NCBI GenBank assembly: GCA_947467435.1 | Contig: CANIIA010000003.1 | Location: forward strand, 12,215 to 76,214 | DNA from: Betaproteobacteria bacterium | GTDB taxonomy: Bacteria; Pseudomonadota; Gammaproteobacteria; Burkholderiales; SG8-39 | DNA length: 64,000 bases | Direction of reading: 5' to 3' | Shown: positions 26,222 through 35,267 of the stretch, piece after piece | Position numbering within the stretch: the stretch's first letter is position 1 | How the letters are laid out: every line of letters begins with the position of its first letter | The notes under the pieces: model-generated | Told to the model about the DNA's origin: nothing | Seen by the model: the letters and a program-made list of their open reading frames with translations, nothing else | Databases searched by the model: none | Translations under genes and position numbers: made by a program

Positions 26222-27433
26222 TTAAAACCAGCTCTTGATGGTGCTCACCATCCAGCGCCAAAACACACCTGCTGCATCCATGGGACTCATCGGCGCAGCA
26301 CCCGCCGGTGCGGCGACAGCTTCGCCCGGTGCTCCGCTTGCGCTTGATCCGGCACCTAAGCGTGCGTTGAGATTGGCGGCAAAATCAGCCACCATTTTTT
26401 TCACGAACTCCTTCACTAATCCACCGCGTGAAAATTGCGCTAACGGACCTTGCAAACTGTATTCAATGGCAACTGCAACCCGTGTGCGACCATTGCCTGC
26501 ATCAGAGAGGGCGTACGTAATGTCGCCACGTGCGCGCGAATTCGATAACGAATCAGTGCCTGCACCACGTATGGAACCAGCATGGGTCGCTGCATTGCGC
26601 TCTAACGCAGCAGAGCCCACAAAGGCCGCGCGCATCGGACCAAACTTGGTGCTGATCTTGCCTTTAATACTGGTGGGCGTGTGTTCGGTAATTTCGGCAC
26701 CGGGCAAACAGGCCGCGACTTTAGGCATGTCTGCAAACGCTTCCCACACCACATCGATCGGATGATCCACCTCAAACGCGTCTTCGATGCGTGTACCTGG
26801 CTTTTTATTTGCAGTGTCGCTTGGTGTTGCCGCAGCGGCTGTCGGTGAAGCCGTAGCGGGTGCAACGGAGGCTGCAGCGGATGCTTGATTTGCAACCGCT
26901 TGAAACGACGGCAGCGGTGCACGCGCGGCCGTCGCGACAGGCTCGACGCGATCGGCATTGGCTGCGCGTCGCGATTCGATCACCGAGACAATCGCGTTGA
27001 TGATGCCTTGATAACCAGTGCAACGACACAAATTACCTGACATCTGTACGCGCACTTCGTGGGCGTCTGCTGTTGGACAACGCAACACGACATCGCGCGC
27101 GCTAATCAACATGCCGGGTGTACAAAAGCCACACTGCAAGGCATGAAAGCGACTAAACGCAGTTCGCAGTTGCGCCATCACCTCGTCTTCTTCAAAGCCC
27201 TCGATGGTGCGTACTTGCTGACCATCACAGGCCACTGCATACGCAATACAAGCACGAGAGGGCACCCCCTCAATAAGTACCGTACATGCACCGCACACAC
27301 CGTGTTCGCAACCCAAGTGCGTACCGGTGAGTCGCTGGTTATCGCGTAAAAAATCGCCTAAATGGGTGCGTGGTTCGACCAAGGCTTGAATTTTTTCGCC
27401 ATTGATGGTCATGTTGATTGCTTGCATAGACAT
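26222..27433 (-). CDS. molybdenum hydroxylase [2Fe-2S] small subunit (CoxS-like) fused to a CoxG/SRPBCC domain
   Basis: N-terminal 'CEHGVCGACTV', 'CGFCTPG' and 'CRCTGY'. An Ala/Pro/Thr linker follows. The C-terminal part, 'FEVDHPIDVVWEAFADMPKVAACLPGAEI...', resembles carbon monoxide dehydrogenase subunit G. Confidence 0.8.
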   Translation of the reverse strand: MSMQAINMTINGEKIQALVEPRTHLGDFLRDNQRLTGTHLGCEHGVCGACTVLIEGVPSRACIAYAVACDGQQVRTIEGFEEDEVMAQLRTAFSRFHALQCGFCTPGMLISARDVVLRCPTADAHEVRVQMSGNLCRCTGYQGIINAIVSVIESRRAANADRVEPVATAARAPLPSFQAVANQASAAASVAPATASPTAAAATPSDTANKKPGTRIEDAFEVDHPIDVVWEAFADMPKVAACLPGAEITEHTPTSIKGKISTKFGPMRAAFVGSAALERNAATHAGSIRGAGTDSLSNSRARGDITYALSDAGNGRTRVAVAIEYSLQGPLAQFSRGGLVKEFVKKMVADFAANLNARLGAGSSASGAPGEAVAAPAGAAPMSPMDAAGVFWRWMVSTIKSWF

Positions 27434-27450
27434 CTGTTACATCCTTTGTT

Positions 27451-28272
27451 TCATGCCGTCGCGAGTTGCACTGCGCGGCGGACTGCGGTTTGGTGCAAAC
27501 GGCGTTGCGCGGCATCGATTTTTCCAAGCACGGGTTCAAGCGCTTGACTCACTGAAAGATCGGAGATCGCTAAAAATCCACGCTGCGCAATATCGACAGC
27601 GAGCGCATTGAGCGATTGCGGCGCGCCGTTCAGTGCACCGATCCACACACGCGCAACTTTGCGTTGTGGATCGAGCAACACGGCAGCGCTCGCTTCAGGA
27701 AACTCACCCGTCTTGCGACAAAACTTCCAATAACCCCAACGCGCGTCGGCCGAAATTTTTGGGACCTCCACGGCGGCGATGATTTCATCTTCTGCAAGGG
27801 CAGTACCAAACGCCGCGGTCATAAACGATTCAGCCGCCACACGTCGTTCACCGGATACGCCAGCAATCACGATCGTTGCGCCCAATGCAGGCATGGTGAG
27901 CGGCCAATCCGCAGCGGGGTCCGCATGCGCCAAGCTACCGCCAACCGTGCCGCGATTTCGAATGGCACGATACGCAATACCGCGCGCTACTTGTGCCAAA
28001 GGCTCACATCCAACGAGCACACGATCTTCGAGCATGGCGTGGGTCACACCACCACCGATACGCCATGCAGTGCCAAGGTCTTCAATCACCTTCAGTGCGG
28101 GTAGTGTGGACACATCCAGAATTTTTTTCGGGCGTGCCAAACGCAAATTCAACATCGGGCCGAGCGACTGTCCACCGCCAAATAATTTGGCTTCGCCATT
28201 CGATGCGCGTAACGCGCTCACCACGGCGCTTAACTCGGTGGGCTTTTGATATTCAAATGCGGCTGCTTTCAT
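27451..28272 (-). CDS. molybdenum hydroxylase FAD-binding medium subunit (CoxM-like)
   Basis: 'MKAAAFEYQKP...LFGGGQSLGPMLNLRLARP'. The start is refined to 28272 (AAGGAGA upstream). The ORF-track extension overlaps the large-subunit gene. Confidence 0.85.
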   Translation of the reverse strand: MKAAAFEYQKPTELSAVVSALRASNGEAKLFGGGQSLGPMLNLRLARPKKILDVSTLPALKVIEDLGTAWRIGGGVTHAMLEDRVLVGCEPLAQVARGIAYRAIRNRGTVGGSLAHADPAADWPLTMPALGATIVIAGVSGERRVAAESFMTAAFGTALAEDEIIAAVEVPKISADARWGYWKFCRKTGEFPEASAAVLLDPQRKVARVWIGALNGAPQSLNALAVDIAQRGFLAISDLSVSQALEPVLGKIDAAQRRLHQTAVRRAVQLATA

Positions 28273-28282
28273 TGCATTCTCC

Positions 28283-30661
28283 TTAAGCCGCTTCGCGTTT
28301 AGGTAAGGTGCCGCTACGTGCGCGTTCGATCGCCTCGAGCAAACGATGCGGCGTGAGCGGTGTGCGATTGACTTCGACACCCGTGCTACGCAGCGCATCG
28401 TTGACCGCATTAAAAATAGCTGCCGGTGGCGCAATCGCACCGCCTTCGCCCATGCCCTTGATGCCAAATTCAGTGTAAGGCGAGGGCGTTTCCATATGGA
28501 AAATTCGCATATGAGGCACTTCGGTAGGACCAGGCAAGGTGTAATCAGCGAGTGTGGAGGCATTCGGCTGACCGTTCACGTCGTACTCGATTTCTTCGTA
28601 CATCGCCGTGCCAATACCTTGTGCGATTCCTCCAATGGTCTGACCTTCGACCACCATCGGATTCACCACCGTGCCGCAGTCTTCAACGATCACATAATCC
28701 AAAATCTCGACCTGCCCGGTGTCTGTATCGACGGCCACAGCCACTGCATGTGAAGCGTAGCTAAACGCACCACTATCGCGTTCGGGTTTGTAGCTCACGC
28801 TACATTCCAATCCGCGACGATCAACATCCAACGGCGCTTTATCTGGTCGCAGATACCAAGCTTCGCAAATCGACTTCAAGCTCATTTGTTTGCCATCGGG
28901 CGCAATCACACCCACACCTTTTTCAAAGCGCGCTTCGCTTTCTTTACAACCCAGCAAATGCGCACCGATCTTCACGATACGCGGCACTAACTCGCGGCAC
29001 GCGTTGGCTGTTGCACCACCGGCCATCACGATCGAACGAGACGCATACGTCCCTGTGGAATACGGCGTGGTTCCAGTGTCGCCGTGTGTGACATGAATGC
29101 GCGACACATCGATACCTAAGATTTCGTGGGCCATTTGCGCAAGCGTGGTCTCCATGCCTTGACCATGCGAATGGATACCCACACGCACTTCCAATCCACC
29201 ATCCGGTGTCATCTTCACTGCGGCCTGATCAAACCCTGGTACCAGTGGTAACCCCCATGACGCAAACACGGAGGTGCCGTGCGCGGATTGTTCGCAATAA
29301 CTCGCAAAGCCGATCCCAATCTTGCGGCCATCGGCCTCACCTTTTTCTTGACGTGCACGCCAGGCCTCAATGCCTAATTTTTCGCGCGCCGTGGTCAGTG
29401 CCTGAGGGTAATCACCGCTGTCATAGTGTTTTTTCATGACATTGTCATAGGGCATTTGCTCTGGACGTACTAAATTGTCCATGCGCACATCGTACGGATC
29501 GCGATCGACCGCGCGCGCAATACCTTCCATCAACAACTCCATCGCAAAACACACGCCGGTCCGCGCGACACCGCGATAAGGCATAAAGCCTGGCTTGTTG
29601 GTGGCGACACAACGCGTGGTGCAACGGTAGCCACGAAAATCGTAAGGCCCCGGTAAATTGCCAATCGCTTGACCGGGTTCTAACCCAATCGTGAACGGCC
29701 AATTGGAATAAGCACCACCATCGATCGTGATTTCTGCATCTAATGCAAGTAAGCGACCTTTGTCGTCCGCGTAACCGGTGAGTTGATATTTATGTTGACG
29801 TGCATTGGCCCCAGAGACCAGGTGCTCGCGACGATCTTCAATCCAACGAAATGGTTTACGGAATTTCCACGCTAGCCACGCCACTGACAGCTCTTCTGGA
29901 TGCACGATGACTTTATACCCAAAACCGCCCCCCACATCGGGCGCAATAATTCTGACTTGGCCTTCACTTAATCCGAGAAACTGCGCAATACCCGTACGCA
30001 CCACGTGCGGTGTTTGCGTGGAGTAGTACATGACCAATTGATCGGTGCGCTCATCCCAGTGCGCCACCACCGCTTTGCCTTCCATCGGGACCATCGCTTG
30101 GCGCGAGAGCTCGACTTCGCGCTTGACCACGACCGTGGCTTGTTTGGATAAGCGATCAAAGTCGTTATCCACCGACAACGTCACAAAGACGTTGTCTTCC
30201 CATTCTTCGTGCACGCGCACGTTTTTTTCGCGTAAGGCTGCCATCGATTCAACTAACGGTGGCAGCTCTTCAATATCTAACACAATGCGTTCAGCCAAGT
30301 CTTCTGCTTCGGCGCGCGTTTTAGCCACGCACATCGCCATCGCTTCGCCCACAAAACGCACCTTACCTTCGGCTAAAGGCGGTTGCGCAGACACGCGATA
30401 GCTCGGAATCGATGAGGTCGAAATAATCGACTTTGCCTCTGGCATATCCGCACGCACAAACACTGCGCCCTCAGAACCAGCTGGTTTTTGAATGGCACGA
30501 ATCCGTCCATGCGCAATCGGGCTGCGCAAGAATGCAACCTCGAGTTGCCCAGGAATCACCATATCGGAAACGTACTGACCTCGACCATGCAAATGGCGTG
30601 AGTCTTCTTTGCGCTTGACGCGTGCGCCGATGCCCTGACCGGGCTTGCCGTGCTCTTCCAT
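28283..30661 (-). CDS. xanthine dehydrogenase family molybdopterin-binding large subunit (CoxL-like)
   Basis: 'RVKRKEDSRHLHGRGQYVSD' N-terminus, 'GGGFG' and a C-terminal 'GMGEGG' block. The start is refined to MEEHG (30661), preceded by GGAGGGG. Confidence 0.88.
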   Translation of the reverse strand: MEEHGKPGQGIGARVKRKEDSRHLHGRGQYVSDMVIPGQLEVAFLRSPIAHGRIRAIQKPAGSEGAVFVRADMPEAKSIISTSSIPSYRVSAQPPLAEGKVRFVGEAMAMCVAKTRAEAEDLAERIVLDIEELPPLVESMAALREKNVRVHEEWEDNVFVTLSVDNDFDRLSKQATVVVKREVELSRQAMVPMEGKAVVAHWDERTDQLVMYYSTQTPHVVRTGIAQFLGLSEGQVRIIAPDVGGGFGYKVIVHPEELSVAWLAWKFRKPFRWIEDRREHLVSGANARQHKYQLTGYADDKGRLLALDAEITIDGGAYSNWPFTIGLEPGQAIGNLPGPYDFRGYRCTTRCVATNKPGFMPYRGVARTGVCFAMELLMEGIARAVDRDPYDVRMDNLVRPEQMPYDNVMKKHYDSGDYPQALTTAREKLGIEAWRARQEKGEADGRKIGIGFASYCEQSAHGTSVFASWGLPLVPGFDQAAVKMTPDGGLEVRVGIHSHGQGMETTLAQMAHEILGIDVSRIHVTHGDTGTTPYSTGTYASRSIVMAGGATANACRELVPRIVKIGAHLLGCKESEARFEKGVGVIAPDGKQMSLKSICEAWYLRPDKAPLDVDRRGLECSVSYKPERDSGAFSYASHAVAVAVDTDTGQVEILDYVIVEDCGTVVNPMVVEGQTIGGIAQGIGTAMYEEIEYDVNGQPNASTLADYTLPGPTEVPHMRIFHMETPSPYTEFGIKGMGEGGAIAPPAAIFNAVNDALRSTGVEVNRTPLTPHRLLEAIERARSGTLPKREAA

Positions 30662-30680
30662 CACCCCTCCAATTGCCGCG

Positions 30681-30704
30681 CCGAACAGCCCGCAGGCTGT
30701 TCGG
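30681..30704 (-). other. perfect 10-bp stem / 4-nt loop hairpin in the dctP-to-coxL intercistronic spacer
   Basis: ccgaacagcc-cgca-ggctgttcgg read directly. It lies about 20 nt upstream of the large-subunit start, with no U-tract. Confidence 0.8.
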
Positions 30705-30815
30705 TCTTCGGTACAACAAGTCACGCCGATTCAGTCGGGCCAAAGCGCCGACGGCGCATCAGCGTGACTCAAACAACATCAAACTCATGTGCTGCATGTC
30801 ACGACTGCGCGCGAC

Positions 30816-31907
30816 TTATTTCTTCCCTGCGGCCACTGAGAAACGGTAGCTATCGAGGTTGTATTCAGCCACACGGAACCACAAGTTTTGATCGTCGCGG
30901 AACTTTGACCACTGCTCGTAGATTTTCTTGAACTCTGGGCTCTTGGCCGACAGTTCTGACATGACCTCTTGCGTCGTCTTGTAAGCGGCGTCCATCACTG
31001 GCTTAGGGAAAGCGCGCAACTGCGTGCCTGAGCCCACCAGCTTTTTCAATGCCACCGGATTTTTTGCGTCGTAATCGGCGGTCATCATGGTGTCTTGTTC
31101 ACGCGCGGCGCAAATCAAGGCCTCTTGGAACTGTTTGGGCAACGCCTCCCAAGCTTTTAAGCTCACCAACATGGTGTTCTGGGCGCTGCCTTCCCACCAA
31201 CCTGGGTAGTAATAAAACTTGGCCACTTTGTTCAAGCCGAGCTTTTCATCGTCATGCGGTCCGATAAATTCGGCGGCATCGATGGTGCCTTTTTCGAGCG
31301 ATGCATAGATATCACCCGGTGGTAATTGTTGCGGCGTGACGCCCAAGCGCGAAAGAATCGTGCCGCCAATGCCACCAATGCGCATCTTCAGACCCTTGAG
31401 ATCGGCCACGCTCTTAATTTCTTTGCGATACCAACCGCCCATTTGCACGCCGGTGTTACCGCAAGGAATGTTCATCATGCCGTATTGCTTGAACACATCG
31501 CGCAGCAACTCAGCGCCACCGCCCCAGTTAAACCAGGCGGCTTGTTGACGTGCATTCAAACCAAACGGAATGCCAGCATCAAATGCAAAGGCGGGGTTCT
31601 TGCCAATAAAAAAGCTCGACAAGGTGTGTGCGGCTTCCATGGTGCCTTTTTCGACGGCATCAAACACTTGGTTGCCCGGCACGATTTCGCCAGCAGCCAA
31701 CACGCGAATTTCAAACTTACCATCGGTCATGGCCAGAATGCGTTTGGCCATTAACTCCACGCCACCGTGGGTGGTGTCTAAGCTTTTTGGCCAGCTGGTT
31801 TGCAAGCGCCATTTCACCGTGGGGGTGGACTGTGCAATCGCTGGTGCGGCAATAGCACCGAGGGCAGCACCGGCGCCTGCTTTGGTCAGAAACTCGCGTC
31901 TCTTCAT
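30816..31907 (-). CDS. TRAP transporter substrate-binding protein (DctP-type, COG4663-like) with Tat-type signal
   Basis: 'MKRREFLTKAGAGAALGAIAAPAIAQS' fits the twin-arginine motif RRxFLK, followed by a DctP-type fold. Confidence 0.85.
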   Translation of the reverse strand: MKRREFLTKAGAGAALGAIAAPAIAQSTPTVKWRLQTSWPKSLDTTHGGVELMAKRILAMTDGKFEIRVLAAGEIVPGNQVFDAVEKGTMEAAHTLSSFFIGKNPAFAFDAGIPFGLNARQQAAWFNWGGGAELLRDVFKQYGMMNIPCGNTGVQMGGWYRKEIKSVADLKGLKMRIGGIGGTILSRLGVTPQQLPPGDIYASLEKGTIDAAEFIGPHDDEKLGLNKVAKFYYYPGWWEGSAQNTMLVSLKAWEALPKQFQEALICAAREQDTMMTADYDAKNPVALKKLVGSGTQLRAFPKPVMDAAYKTTQEVMSELSAKSPEFKKIYEQWSKFRDDQNLWFRVAEYNLDSYRFSVAAGKK

Positions 31908-32092
31908 GCTTTACTCCTTGGAATAACCGGCGATGCCGGTGGTTATAAAAAACAACAACAAAACCTTCGATCACAACAAGACGTTCAGCCGCTACAAGAC
32001 ATCGCATCACGTCTAACAGCTAAATATTTTCTACAATCCAACCGTCACGTAGCAAGCCACGGTCACAAAAAAATCTTGCGCAACAACCTCGC

Positions 32093-33577
32093 CTACTTAG
32101 TCGCTTTACTCGCGCGCTCGAGTTGTTTTTGCAAATCGTTGTCCGATTCGCTGGGTCCGACAGGTTGCTCTGGTGTGTCTGATGAATCGGGCATGACCTC
32201 AGGTGCCTCGAGCTCGATCTTAACCTTGTCCACGTCAATCACCTGCTCTTTATCCAAGAACGCAGTGATTTGATCCGGGAAAATAATCACCAAAGCCACC
32301 ATCAATAATTGCAAGCCAACCCACGGAATCGCCCCAAGATAAATATCTTTGCTCTTCACTTCGCGCGGTGCGATACCCCGCAGATAAAACAAGGCATAAC
32401 CAAACGGGGGATGCATGTACGAGGTCTGCAAATTCACGCATAGCAGCACGCCAAACCAGACCAAATCAACGCCGAGTTTTTGCGCCACCGGCGCAAGTAA
32501 GGGCACAACGATAAAAGCGATCTCAAAGAAATCTAAAAAGAACGCCAGCACAAATACAAAGAGCATCACCACGACCAAAAAGCCGGTGCGCCCACCAGGT
32601 AAATCAGACAGCAAATGCTCAATCCACAGTCCGCCATCAAAGCCCTGAAACACCAGCGAAAACACGCTTGAGCCAATCAAGATAAAGATCACCATGGCGG
32701 TAATGCGCATGGTCGACTCCATGCCTTCCCAGACGAGCTTGCGCGTTAAGCGGCCACGCAACGCGGCCAGAATCATTGCACCAACCGCACCCATGGCACC
32801 CGATTCGGTGGGTGTGGCTAAGCCCATAAAAATGGTGCCCAACACCAAAAAGATTAAGCCCAACGAAGGAACCACACCCCACAGCACACGGGACCACAGC
32901 GCCCAGCCACGCAAGGTGCGCGCTTCGGGCGGCAAGGCCGGCACGAGGTTCGGGCGGAAAATAGCAACGATGGCGATAAAACCAATAAACAACAACGTTT
33001 GCACAATCGATGGGCCAATCGCACCAGCGTACATATCACCGACTGAACGACCCAACTGGTCCGCTAACACCACCAGCACCAATGAGGGTGGAATCAACTG
33101 CGTAATGGTGCCCGATGCAGCGATCACGCCAGTGGCGATGCGCATGTCATAGCCATAACGCATCATGGCTGGCAACGCGATCATGCCCATCGCAATCACT
33201 GAGGCAGCCACCGTTCCAGTAATGGCGCCCAAAATAGCCCCCACCACAATCACTGAATACGCCAAGCCACCTGGTAGTGCACCAAACGCTTGCCCCATAC
33301 TCTCGAGCAGATCTTCAGCTAAACCGCAACGCTCGAGAATGCATCCCATAAACGTAAAAAACGGGATCGCCAACAACAAATCATTCGATACGATGCCAAA
33401 CACACGCAAGGGCAAGTTGGCTAAAAAGTCGGGCACAAAAAAACCAAGCTCCACGCCCAAAATACCAAACGATAAGCCCAACGCGGCGAGTGAAAACGCC
33501 ACCGGAAAACCCACCAGTAAAAATAAGATCATCCCCGCAAACATCAACGGGGCCATGGATTCAGCACTGAGCATCAT
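32093..33577 (-). CDS. TRAP transporter large permease (DctM-type)
   Basis: 494-aa polytopic protein with DctM-like blocks ('AIPFFTFMG', 'GTITQLIPPS'). It overlaps dctQ by 4 nt. Confidence 0.85.
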   Translation of the reverse strand: MMLSAESMAPLMFAGMILFLLVGFPVAFSLAALGLSFGILGVELGFFVPDFLANLPLRVFGIVSNDLLLAIPFFTFMGCILERCGLAEDLLESMGQAFGALPGGLAYSVIVVGAILGAITGTVAASVIAMGMIALPAMMRYGYDMRIATGVIAASGTITQLIPPSLVLVVLADQLGRSVGDMYAGAIGPSIVQTLLFIGFIAIVAIFRPNLVPALPPEARTLRGWALWSRVLWGVVPSLGLIFLVLGTIFMGLATPTESGAMGAVGAMILAALRGRLTRKLVWEGMESTMRITAMVIFILIGSSVFSLVFQGFDGGLWIEHLLSDLPGGRTGFLVVVMLFVFVLAFFLDFFEIAFIVVPLLAPVAQKLGVDLVWFGVLLCVNLQTSYMHPPFGYALFYLRGIAPREVKSKDIYLGAIPWVGLQLLMVALVIIFPDQITAFLDKEQVIDVDKVKIELEAPEVMPDSSDTPEQPVGPSESDNDLQKQLERASKATK

Positions 33578-34113
33578 TGCAGCGGCCTTTCATAGTGCAG
33601 ATCGGCCGTCAGGTGGCCCGTCAACATGGCAATACGTTTGATGAGTTCGGACAAGCCTTGCAAGGTCATCAATGCAAAACCAATCGGTAAAGCAAGACGC
33701 GCAGGCCAACGCAACAAACCACCCGCATTCGGCGAAATTTCACCCGTGCGCATCGCATCCAGCGCCGGTGGCCAGCACAACATCAATAAATAAATCATCG
33801 CTGGTAATAAAAACACCGACAAACCGAACAGATCCACCCAAATCCGACCGCGTGTGCTCAACGAACCGTAGATCAAATCAACGCGCACGTGTTCATTCAC
33901 CTTCAGCACATGGGCTGCACCGAGCATGACCAAGTAGGCAAACAAATACCATTGCATTTCCAGCCAAGCATTCGAGCCCAAGCTAAAGGTGTAGCGCAAT
34001 CCGGCGTTGCCGGCACTCACCAAACAAGCAATCAATACACAGGCTGAAGCGATGTAGCCAAACCAGCGACTCAGGTGATCGACCGCATCTGCGGCCTTTA
34101 AAAATGCATGCAT
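33574..34113 (-). CDS. TRAP transporter small permease (DctQ-type)
   Basis: 179 aa with 4 TM helices, immediately upstream of and overlapping the DctM gene. Confidence 0.8.
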   Translation of the reverse strand: MHAFLKAADAVDHLSRWFGYIASACVLIACLVSAGNAGLRYTFSLGSNAWLEMQWYLFAYLVMLGAAHVLKVNEHVRVDLIYGSLSTRGRIWVDLFGLSVFLLPAMIYLLMLCWPPALDAMRTGEISPNAGGLLRWPARLALPIGFALMTLQGLSELIKRIAMLTGHLTADLHYERPLQ

Positions 34114-34116
34114 AAA

Positions 34117-35112
34117 TCAGCTCGCTTTTTGGTCACGGGTGACGTTGTATTTATAGTCACGGAATTCACCAGAACGTACTGGTGCATAACGCGGCGACTC
34201 GCCAGGACGCAAACAACTTGGAATGCATTCCACCAGCGCGTCGTAATTGGGATGCTGAAAAAAACCAATCGAGATACGGCTCGTGCTGCGCGCGATTTCT
34301 CGCGGTGGATTAAGCACACGATGCACATTCGACACCCAGAGGTCATTCGTCCAGCGCATGAGCAGATCACCGATGTTGCACACAAACCGATGCGGATCGG
34401 TCGGCACATCGACCCAAGCTCCAGCACGTGTACGCACTTGCAGACCACCCGGTGCATTTTCACCAGACAAAATTGTCAACATGCCAAAGTCGGTGTGCGC
34501 ACCGGCGCGCAGTTGACCTTCTTCGGGCGGATTGTCTTGCCTCGGGTAATAGTTGATGCGCGTCGCCGTGATGTGACGATCAATTTTATTTTGGAAAAAG
34601 AATTCGTCTAAGTCCAGTGCCAGCGCCGCGATACGACACAAATCGGCGGCGAGCCGTTCCATCGCTTGGTAATACGCATCTGCTGCAATGGCAAACCCAG
34701 CCGGTTCGTTGGGCCAGATGTTGCGATGAAAATATTGTTGGCCTTCGGCACTCGTGTAATACGCATCATTGGTGGGCCAGTCCGCACGACCGAAGTGGTA
34801 ATACTCTTTAAGATCGGTCGGGGTGGCACTGTCATTGCCAAACGACAAGGCCTCAAAGCCCACCGCCTTCCAACCACGTGGATACGTTGCAGTGGGCGGC
34901 GCGACCAACGATTTTTGTGCTTCGGTTTGCGAAAAAAACAAACGTGCTTGGGCATACAGCTCGTCAATGATTTCTGGCGCAACGCCATGACCGGTCACGG
35001 CAAAAAATCCGATTTCTTCGGCAGCGCTACGCAATGCACGCACCACGGTATCACGCCCCGCAGGATCTCCGGCAAGGAATGGGGCAATATCAATAATCGG
35101 TGCGCGGTCCAT
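34117..35112 (-). CDS. 2-oxoglutarate/Fe(II)-dependent oxygenase (isopenicillin N synthase family)
   Basis: N-terminal 'IIDIAPF...EIGFFAVTGHGV', the HxD...H facial triad ('AHTDFG', 'SNVHRV') and 'RISIGFF'. Confidence 0.8.
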   Translation of the reverse strand: MDRAPIIDIAPFLAGDPAGRDTVVRALRSAAEEIGFFAVTGHGVAPEIIDELYAQARLFFSQTEAQKSLVAPPTATYPRGWKAVGFEALSFGNDSATPTDLKEYYHFGRADWPTNDAYYTSAEGQQYFHRNIWPNEPAGFAIAADAYYQAMERLAADLCRIAALALDLDEFFFQNKIDRHITATRINYYPRQDNPPEEGQLRAGAHTDFGMLTILSGENAPGGLQVRTRAGAWVDVPTDPHRFVCNIGDLLMRWTNDLWVSNVHRVLNPPREIARSTSRISIGFFQHPNYDALVECIPSCLRPGESPRYAPVRSGEFRDYKYNVTRDQKAS

Positions 35113-35267
35113 GTTAGGCTTGGGTTGGTTCGTTGATAAACAGTGCCGGGCTCAGTTTCAACCCGGCGAAATGCGAATCATGCACTGATTTTAGGCAATG
35201 GGTACTGTCAGCAATGAACGTGCCCAAGGCAAAGTGGTATTCGACGATTGCATACTGAAACAAGATC

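Noticed and set aside
27451-28563. ORF-track N-terminal extensions (this one, plus 9932, 13456..14523, 19885..21273, 28283..30724, 41146..41610, 41629..42561, 42246, 43463..44737, 44649..46244, 47419..48240, 51914..52747)
   Set aside because: The extensions overlap the upstream gene or a hairpin, are Arg/Cys-rich, and precede an internal start that has an SD and the family-typical N-terminus. Starts were refined accordingly.
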